Assembly (NCBI GenBank): GCA_951406725.2
Contig: OX597821.1
Coordinates: 14,632,001-14,696,000 of the forward strand
Source of the DNA: Octopus vulgaris
Lineage: Eukaryota
DNA: 64,000 nt
Direction of reading: 5' to 3'
A program made the position numbers and the translations under genes. A model generated the notes under the pieces. It was not told where the DNA came from. It did not search any database and worked only from the letters and a program-made list of their open reading frames with translations. This document shows, in pieces, positions 51,994-64,000 of this stretch; the stretch's first letter is position 1, and each line of letters begins with the position of its first letter.

Positions 51994-52490
51994 CTAGCAG
52001 TATCGCCCGGCGTTGCTCGGGTTTGTAAGGGAAATAACTATATAAGCATTTTTAGAGAGTTATAGCAAAACCCCCCCCAAAAAAATGCATTCAAAATGGG
52101 AAAAAAATTATGGTAATTTTTTTTTAAATCGTTGACTCATCTTAGACATTTTTAGAGAGTTACTTCCCTTATATAATAGCAAAAAAAATGCATTAAAATG
52201 GAAAAAATGATGGTAAATTTTTTTTAAATAGTTGACTCATCGTAGACATTTTTAGAGAGTTACTTCCCTTATATAATAGCAAAAAAAATGCATTAAAATG
52301 GAAAAAATGATGGTAAATTTTTTTAAAATCGTAGACTCATCGTAGACGCGCGCTAATACCCAGAAGGGCTCGATATGAATCACGACTATAAGATACCCGG
52401 TTTTGGTTAAACTGCACCGCAAAATGTGGGAGTAGTTAGGAATCTAAATCGTAGGAGACAGACACACAACCTTACTTTTATATATAAAGA
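51994..52490 (-). mobile_element. Non-autonomous Helitron, same family as 20144-20538
   Basis: TC...CTAG ends, A/T insertion site, one extra 100-bp internal unit. Confidence 0.85.
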
Positions 52491-53249
52491 TTTTCATATA
52501 TGTCCGAATACGTGTTTTTTTTTAACGTAATGGCGCTTGAAATATGTATAGACATTCAGGGACATGTTTTACATATGTTATATGGGCATATAAATTCATC
52601 GTGTGTGTTTGCTTGTTTGTTCGTTCGTATGTATATGAGTAAGTGCATGTGTTTGTTCGTGAATCAATATGGTAGTATTAATGTTATCGAAAACATTTCT
52701 GTTAAATTTGACCGACCTAGATTCGGTTGAACACGTTATGAAACAGATTTTGGTTGGTTGATTCCATCTGATATGGGCACTATAGACTTCTCACCCAAAA
52801 TCCAAACACAGCTGGATGGATGCTTTTTACAACACTCTGAACTCAATTTACATTGATGGATATCGCAAACATTGATCAAAGCTCTGATCGACCCATCAAT
52901 CATTTGAGTAGATAGCTAACAAAGGGAAGATGCTTTATGCTAGCATGGACTACTGTTATTATTATGGATGCTTTACATACATACATGCATGCATGCATGC
53001 ATACATACATACATACATACATACATACATACATACAATCATACATACATGCTTGCATTCATACATGCTTGCATACATACACACACATACACATTGTGTG
53101 TGTGTGTTTGTTACCATAAGTGCAACCATTAGCAACAAAAGTCAACATTATCATTGATTTATCATTATTATAATCGTCACTACCATGTTACCATAAACAT
53201 TGTCAACATTAATATTCACTTTTTCTCAGGCACAAATAAACAAGTAAAT

Positions 53250-53630
53250 GGAGTGGCTGTGTGGTAAGTAGCTTGCTAACCAACCACATGGTTCCGGGTT
53301 CAGTCCCACTGCGTGGCACCTTGGGCAAGTGTCTTCTGCTATAGCCCCGGGCCGACCAAAGCCTTGTGAGTGGATTTGGTAGACGGAAACTGAAAGAATC
53401 CTGTCGTATATATGTATATATATATGTGTGTGTGTGTTTGTCCCCCTAGCATTGCTTGACAACCGATGCTGGTGTGTTTACGTCCTCGTCACTTAGCGGT
53501 TCGGCAAAAAAGACCGATAGAATAAGTACTGGGCTTACAAAGAATAAGTCCCGGGGTCGATTTGCTCGACTAAAAGCAGTGCTCCAGCATGGCCGCAGTC
53601 CAATGACTGATATAAGTAAAGGGTAAAAGA
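53250..53630 (+). mobile_element. SINE family B
   Basis: Family B head and tail. Confidence 0.9.
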
Positions 53631-53951
53631 TTACGTTAACTTCTCCATCGTATCCATCATTTGAATCATACATTAATCATCTCATGCATTAACCACTTTC
53701 TTCCATCAATACAGTTGCTGCACACACACACAAATACATACACACACACACACGCACGCACCATCATGTTATTCAAATTGGAAGAGAAATGCTACTAGGA
53801 CTGAATATAGAAGTAAAAGAAAATTAATGATGCCCACAAATGGCCACAAAGATGATGGCACAGATTGGGGACATCAAAATAAAGAAACAAATATTTTCAT
53901 TCGAACCGTGTAGAAAGATGTTATACTTTGGGTTGCTATGTTTGTGACTAT

Positions 53952-54775
53952 ACTCTTTTTCACTCTTTTACTTGTTTCGGTCATTTGACTCTGGCCATGC
54001 TGGAGCACCGCCTTTAGTCGAGTAAATCGACCCCAGGACTTATTTTTTGTAAGCCCAGTACTTATTCTATCGGTCTCTTTTGCCGAACCGCTAAGTGATG
54101 GGACGTAAACACACCAGCATCGGTTGTCAAGCAAAGCTAGAGGGACAAACACAGACACACACACATATACACATACATACAGATATATATATATACATAT
54201 ATACGACAGGCTTCTTTCAGTTTCCGTCTACAAAATCCACTCACAAGGCTTTGCTCGGCCCGAGGCTATAGCAGAAGACACTTGCCCAAGATGCCACGCA
54301 GTGGGACTGAACCCGGAACCATGTGGTTGGTAGGCAAGCTACTTACCACACAGCCACTCCTGCGCTATGTTTGTGACTATACTCTTTTTTACTCTTTTAC
54401 TTGTTTCGGTCATTTGACTCTGGCCATGCTGGAGCACCGCCTTTAGTCGAGCAAATCGACCTCAAGACTTATTCTTTGTAAGGCTAGTACTTATTCATTT
54501 TGCCTCTTTTGTCTATTTTGCCGAACCGCTAAGTTACGGTTGTCAAGCGATGTTGGTGGGGACAAACATACAAACACACAAACATATACACACATACATA
54601 CACATATATACATATATACGACAGGCTTCTTTCAGTTTCCGTCTATCAAATCCACTCACAAGGCTTTGGTCGGCCCGAGGCTACAGTAGTAGACACTTGC
54701 CCAAGGTGCCACGCAATGTGACTGAACTCGGAACCATGTGGTTCGCAAGAAGCTACTTACCACACAGCCACTCCT
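53952..54775 (-). mobile_element. Two tandem SINE family B copies (53952-54365 and 54380-54775)
   Basis: Two heads and two tails with a duplicated junction. Confidence 0.9.
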
Positions 54776-54849
54776 ACTATGGTTAATAAACTATTAATTT
54801 TAAGTTACATTAAGAATGTTGAGATTAATACACACACACACAGATACAC

Positions 54850-54884
<35 letters not shown>

Positions 54885-55173
54885 TACATACACATATATA
54901 ATATTTAAAACAGTTTGATCCTGCCCCATACGGCTTAAAGTTCCGTAGGCCTCTAACAGAAGCCTGTCTATCTCTGAAGCCAAATTCAATTGTTTTAAAT
55001 ATTACATATAACTCCCGCTAAATGTGTTGAATACCCTTTTCTTTCGTTTCTCCACCCACTCGTAAACACTTACACACACATGTATACACACACACATACA
55101 CCCACACACACACAGACACACATATATGTATATACATATGTATATACATATGTATATATATACATATATATAT

Positions 55174-55211
<38 letters not shown>

Positions 55212-55212
55212 G

Positions 55213-55272
<60 letters not shown>

Positions 55273-55306
55273 GTATATATATACATATATGTATATATAT
55301 ATATAC

Positions 55307-55363
<57 letters not shown>

Positions 55364-55413
55364 CATATGTATATATATATATATACATATGTATATATAT
55401 ATATACATATGTG

Positions 55414-56212
<799 letters not shown>

Positions 56213-56225
56213 TATATATATACTT

Positions 56226-56264
<39 letters not shown>

Positions 56265-56266
<2 letters not shown>

Positions 56267-56483
56267 TTTATTTAAAGCAGCAGAAAATTCTACAAAACCT
56301 GTTACTCTGAGTTTCACGTTGCCGTTCATCGGACAGTTTTTGCTAGATGAGCGGCAACGTGAAACTCAGAGTAACAGGTTTTGTAGAATTTTCTGCTGCT
56401 TTAAATAAAGCATATTACTCTACCACTGGTATTTGAGTACTCTTTTTTTTCCACCTTGTTTCACATTTATGTGTTCACTCCGG
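56265..56483. mobile_element. Family P1 PLE fold-back inside (TA)n; HHR on the minus strand at 56299-56340
   Basis: About 65-bp inverted arms; minus strand CTGT-CCGATGA-ACG gcaa CGT-GAAA-CTCAGAGTA-ACAG. Confidence 0.8.
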
Positions 56484-56506
56484 TATATATATATATATAT
56501 ATATAT

Positions 56507-56564
<58 letters not shown>

Positions 56565-57279
56565 CCGTTTTTGCAAATTCGGAAAATATTTTATCTCGAA
56601 CAGCTTTTAAAATTCTACACTGATAAGAAGTAGAGCTTTATTGTTTTAAAAAGAATTTTAACTTTCGCTCAATGTATTGTTAAAAGTGGTGATCTCTACA
56701 CAAAATATTTTACAGTAGCAAGATATGTACCTCTAAATGGAGCTGACTTCTGCTTTTATGATGTGCTGTTCTTTACACAAAATGTGTGGTTTTGTGCCAA
56801 AGATAATAATCATCATATTTATGCATTGTAGTTTGGTGTACGGGGAAACATGATGACATGCTTTATTGATATGTCATCTCCCTGAGTTCGTAACATAATT
56901 AAATTGACACCATGGCATGATCTATGGAATAATTATTAGAAATGTTACGATGTTGTGTGAATCCCCTCTGCATCATTTCGTGCTTGTACTGAGAAAATAA
57001 ATAATTATCATCTGATGTTGCTGGATAATATAGAACTCTCATTGAATTGCCTTTGCAATCCGACTTTTATGTCTATCTAGCTTTGCTTTATTGGTATTCT
57101 TAATGAAGACAGGAAAATTATGTCTCATCCTTTCTCTCTTATAATCCTAAATTCTATGCTATGTAGGCGTCCATTGTTGTAATCGTATCGTGACCATTGT
57201 CCATCTGTTCATGACTTAAAAGATTGTTTGCAACAATCATTTTGTCACAATTTTTTTCCTACTTCAACTAAAGCGAAAA

Positions 57280-58191
57280 TCTATTTCTGTATAAAATTCT
57301 TTGTTTATCTGTCTGTCTGTTTCCCATGCATTTTCAAACGGCTCCATCAAATCAAGTCAAATCAAATTTTACAAGGTAAGTATTACACCCCACGAGTGTC
57401 AACATGTAATTTTTATTTTCATTTGAATTGAAACAATATAACATTTTCTCGAAAATAATCTTTCTATAGTCAACTATAGTAACGAACATTTTATGCGACG
57501 ACGACGACGTCACATTTTGTATATGAGTGCGTATGTGTATGAGAGTGTGAGTGCGTTTGCGCGTTCGTTACATACGAGATAGTAAAGGATATTTTATACG
57601 ACGACGACGACGTCACATCTCTATCGTTCTCTCTTCATTCTATTAACCATTCTGTCTAGCGTTTACCGTTGTAACGATGTCTGGAACCCAAAACATTATA
57701 ACAGTTACTTTCATTGTTTACAGTCTTCTGTACCAGTGCATTTGTGTACACCAACACATGAATGAAAAGTTGAAAGGTAAAACAAAAACGCTGTACCGGT
57801 GTATTTGTGTATCAGTAAATAAACATGTAACGATTTCTAGTACCAACAAATTTTTACAGCTACTTTCATTGTTTACAATCTTCTGTACCGGTATATTTGT
57901 GTATCAGTAAATATTTCGTAAAGGACCCGTTCGAACCTCGGTGTGAAATAATTTTTTTCCACGGGCTTTTTCGAGTGCATTCAACGTATCTGACCTTCAA
58001 ACCCGCCGCAAGACACTTTTTTCCCGAAAATCAACGTGGAAAAAATTATTTCACACCGAGGTACGAGCGTCCTTTATGAAATATTTACCTAACCATGCTT
58101 AGAAGGAAGGTGTCAAATTACACTACAAACAAAGAGTACTGTATTAAGGCTATGAGCCTATAACCAGAGTGAAACCGGGTCCTTTTGCTTG
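57280..58191 (+). mobile_element. Older Helitron-like element with internal direct and inverted repeats
   Basis: A|TCTATTTCTGTATAAAA...TCTGTCTGTCTG start; CCAGAGTGAAACCGGG..CTTG|T end; inverted repeat 57907-58088. Confidence 0.55.
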
Positions 58192-58623
58192 TTAATTTAT
58201 AATTTCATCATAATCTGAAAACCAGCTAGATTGCGATATAGCTATCGAAACAGAAAAGGGTCTTAGAGACATGCAAACCAATAAATTTTATGTTTGTTTT
58301 ACAGAGTTATTTCTGAATATTACAGGACGATGTCTCATAGTTTTCATTTAATGCATAAAAATATCGGGACTAAGGAGAGAACCTTACAGCTTTCGCTGTT
58401 TGTCTGTCAATTTGTTTTCCACTCTGCAACTCTTTTGCACAAAATATTTTTTATAATTCTCTTTGATCGTACATTTCTTCTTACTTTCACTTATTTCCAT
58501 TTATTCCGTTCTGTCCATTTGATTATTTGCCTTGTCACCTTTTTTGCTTTCATATTTCTGCATGGGCTCCAATCTTCTCTTTTACTGGGTTTTGTCTCAG
58601 TTCTCTCTCTTTTTCTTTCATAT

Positions 58624-59041
58624 ACTCTTTTACTCTTTTACTCTTTTACTTGTTTCAGTCATTTGACTGCGGCCATGCTGGAGCACCGCCTTTAGTCGAG
58701 CAAATCAACCCCGGGACTTATTCTTTGTAAGCCCAGTACTTATTCTATCGGTCTCTTTTTGCCGAACCGCTAAGTGACGGTGACGTAAACACACCAGCAT
58801 CGGTTGTCAAGCAATGCTAGGGGGACAAACACAGACACACAAACATACACGCACACACACATATATATATACATATATACGACGGGCTTCTTTCAGTTTC
58901 CGTCTACCAAATCCACTCACAAGGCATTGGTCGGCCCGGGGCTATAGCAGAAGACACTTGCCCAAGATGCCACGCAGTGGGACTGAATCCGGAACCATGT
59001 GGTTGGTTAGCAAGCTACTTACCACACAGCCACTCCTGCGT
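58624..59041 (-). mobile_element. Full-length SINE family B
   Basis: Complete head and tail. Confidence 0.92.
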
Positions 59042-59484
59042 GTCATATATGCGTGTCATTTACAGCTTTAACGACCTTTGCGATTATATACACATATATA
59101 AACAGACGCATTTATGAGAAGAGATATAATTTGTCTCCAATAGCCATTTTGTCCAGATCTGCAGTCCATAGACATCTTCCGTGCAGTCACAAGGAACAAG
59201 CACGCTGGGTAATTTCCCGGGTGTCCTACGAATATAAGAGACTCCAGTGTTAATCTTTGTTTGCTGTGGTTATTCCTGCTGGGCTGTTATACATTGCCGC
59301 ATCCCAGGAGCACGTAATCCTTCTCAGGCAACCTTGGATATCTTCCTCTCTGTAGCACCTGTCTCGGAGTTGTTGTCCAGGGTCATGTGCACTCACTTCC
59401 TCTCACGTATAAAAGATCATATATATATATATACCTATATGTATATATATATATATATGTATTATATATATATATATATATACC

Positions 59485-59536
<52 letters not shown>

Positions 59537-59543
59537 TATACCC

Positions 59544-59582
<39 letters not shown>

Positions 59583-60220
59583 CATATATATATATATATG
59601 CATATGTATATATATATGTGTGTGTGTGTGTGTATGTGTGTGCGTAGGTATATATATATATATATTCTACACCCCCCCCTTCTCAGTATTCTTTTATATA
59701 CGTTTCCCATACTGTTGTTTCTTTTTCATCTAGTCATCTTTCTATTTTTCGTCATTCTATCGCTTTCTCTTACTGTCTGTCTTTCACACGCCTACCCAGT
59801 TCTCTACCACCCTCTCCTCTGCTCTCTCTTTCTCTCTTTCCTTCTCTCTCACTTACTCTCTCTCTTTCCTTCTCTCTTTGTTCCGATTGGCTGTAAAATG
59901 TTGCTGTCCCCAAACTTAGCAATATGAATTGGGTCACGTGTAGTTTTTAGTTGTTCGGAATCTACCAAACACAAGAGTAATGTTGTCCATCTTTGGTAAA
60001 CAGTCTCAGGCGAAAGGGTTGAGCACAAAGGTGACAAGAAGAATAGAAACGGTGTGTGTGTGTGTGCCTGTTTGTGTGCATGTGTGGGCGCGCGCGCGCG
60101 CGCTTGTGTGTGTGTGTGTCTGTGTGTGTGGTTGGGCACGTGTAAATCTCTCAGCGTGGGTTAAAATAGCAACAATTATGATCAACAGTTGCATTAAGAG
60201 ATAAAGAACGGTACGCATGA

Positions 60221-61405
<1,185 letters not shown>

Positions 61406-61764
61406 GAGAAAGAAAGCGAGCGAGAGACTGAGAGAGAGGATGATAGAGAGAAAGTGGGTGATAGAACGAGGTGGTTGGTGGTGGTGATGAGAAGTTGAGA
61501 GGGAGAGAGAGAGAAGAAAGAATAAAGAAAGACTATTGACTGTATCTCGCAGAGAAACAGCCAGCTGTCGTTTATTATGGCCTCACAATATTACATCTTT
61601 CCACCAGTTTGGAGCGGTTTCACACTTACGACACATAAAAATGCTTCTACAGCACACACACACACACAAGCGCGCATGCACACGGGTATTAAAGCAGAAT
61701 GCAGGAAAACTGATGTTATACACCCATACATACACACATACATGTGTGTGTGTATTATATATAT

Positions 61765-62146
<382 letters not shown>

Positions 62147-62170
62147 GGATATATATATATATATATAATT

Positions 62171-62353
62171 ATAAACAGGGTTATCTAAGAGATACCACCA
62201 AGCTTGAAATAGCAATCAAAACATGACTCTAAAACCACATCAAGTATTCAATACAGCACAAGGTGTGCTGAATTGATTACTTGTTGTGGTTTTAGAGTCA
62301 GGTTTTGACTGCTATTTCAAGCATGGTGGTATCTCTCAGATATCCTTGTTCAT
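62171..62353. repeat. About 90-bp-arm imperfect hairpin between TA tracts
   Basis: GAGATACCACCA..TGACTCTAAAACCACA..CAGCAC / GTGCTG..TGTGGTTTTAGAGTCA..TGGTGGTATCTC. Confidence 0.8.
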
Positions 62354-63746
62354 TTAAAATAACGATCTTATCCTTACATATATATATATATATATATATA
62401 TTCACACGCGTATGTGCACACATACACACACATATGCATAAAGAAGCTCATGCATGCATAAGCATATATTTGCATAAATGCATACAAACATGTAGTAGCA
62501 AGGTTCATACATACGCGGAAAAATTTACACATAATTTACGAATAATTTTCCGTGTTTACAAACATATACTCATCTATCCATCCAGAACTACACAAACATG
62601 TAACTCTCGCGGAAAAATCTCTACACGCACAGATAGCTTTATACACAGCAGCAATTAATGATATGAATCACATTTTCTTCTCGTTTTCCTTTTTAATCTT
62701 TTTTATCATCTTAAACAAATAAACTAGTATCACCAATGATACTTCATCCATCATTTGCCCAATTTTTACCTCCTTATCTTTCTTTTCTGTTTCCTATTTT
62801 ACTTTTGTTCCATCGTTTTTCTCTTTTTTTTTTCCATATTTTTCTCTTCCTTTCCCTACTTTTTTCCCCCTTTTCAATACATTTCTTTCTTTTTGTTAGT
62901 CAAAGTGCAAGCTTTTATCCACCAGATGATTAACTACTTTCTGTCGAGGATTGTCCCCACCACTCCTCTTCTCTCATTCTCTTTCTTTCGCTCTTTCTCC
63001 CCCTCTCTCCCCCCTTCTCTCTCTCTCTCTTCGATTTCAATACACACAAACATACATTCTCTCATTTTTCAAACCGTTTTTCTTGTTCGTTCCCTTCGCA
63101 TTCTCTCTATCCGTCTGTTCCACTTTATCCTTATCAACTTCTACCTTCTGCTAAATCACTTGCTCTCTCTTTGCACACCCCAATGCAAGTTTTCATTTCT
63201 CTATTTCAGACCATGCTGTCTTCCTGTCGTCTCCTTTGTTATGGTCTCTCTTCATTCTTTCTTGTCTCCATTCATTCTTTCTTTCTCTCTTTCTCTATCT
63301 TTTTATTATTTCTCCCTTCTTTCTTCTCTCATCTCTCATGCACAAGATTTCAAACCACCAGATGACTAACTATATTTCTTCTCTATTTACTATTGAGTTT
63401 AAGTCCGTTGGAAATCGATATGCACATCACAGACACACCAATGCAATGTGCACTCTATGTGCTTTTCACTTGGTTGTCGTTCTTTCCTTCTATTGCTTTC
63501 ACTTTCACACTGTATATGTATACACACACACACACACACAAACGCGCACACACACATACATAAATGCACACACACAGACACACACACACATCTAAACCCA
63601 CTTAAATGTACAAACACAAAACACGTGCATACGTTGAGATACACACCTACAGAAATACAAACAAGCACACACATACACATACATACATTCATACATACAT
63701 ACATACGTACAGATTGACAAATTGATAGATTGATAGATAAGCAGAA

Positions 63747-63870
<124 letters not shown>

Positions 63871-64000
63871 AGGTATAGATATATAAATATGTTTCATTGT
63901 CTCTCTGTGCATCTAACTGTATGAATGAGTGAGCGTGCGTGTCTATTTCTCTATGTATCTGCACATGCGTAAGTCTGAACGTATGATATAAAATTATGCA

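Noticed and set aside
62183-62220. CTAAGAGA...GAAA as a hammerhead
   Set aside because: The core is non-canonical and stems I-III do not form
62905-63375. Short imperfect direct repeat CCACCAGATGA.TAACTA at about 62919 and 63355
   Set aside because: Only about 25 bp in pyrimidine-rich low-complexity sequence; no further structure

Overview
AT-rich, gene-poor animal DNA, probably an octopus intronic or intergenic region (inferred from the tRNA-derived SINE families and very high microsatellite density). I see no intact protein-coding gene; nearly all listed ORFs are microsatellite, minisatellite or SINE artefacts. The window holds about 35 SINE copies or fragments from 4 families, decayed CR1-like and R4/Dong-like LINEs, non-autonomous Helitrons, a mariner-type MITE, a 29-bp minisatellite born inside a SINE, and a CRE/E-box/TATA promoter candidate at 19.4 kb. 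The main signal is a dozen short elements abutting (TA)n tracts. Many are fold-backs, most carry hammerhead ribozyme (HHR) motifs, and some lie downstream of GIY-YIG remnants, so they look like Penelope-like element (PLE) termini. Two homologous copies (14.5 kb +, 35.3 kb -), and possibly a third family (26.1 kb), have hammerhead core motifs and covarying stems I and III but a strand order that matches none of types I, II or III. This is a candidate rearranged (pseudoknotted) hammerhead. All structure calls were made by eye and need computational and biochemical testing.
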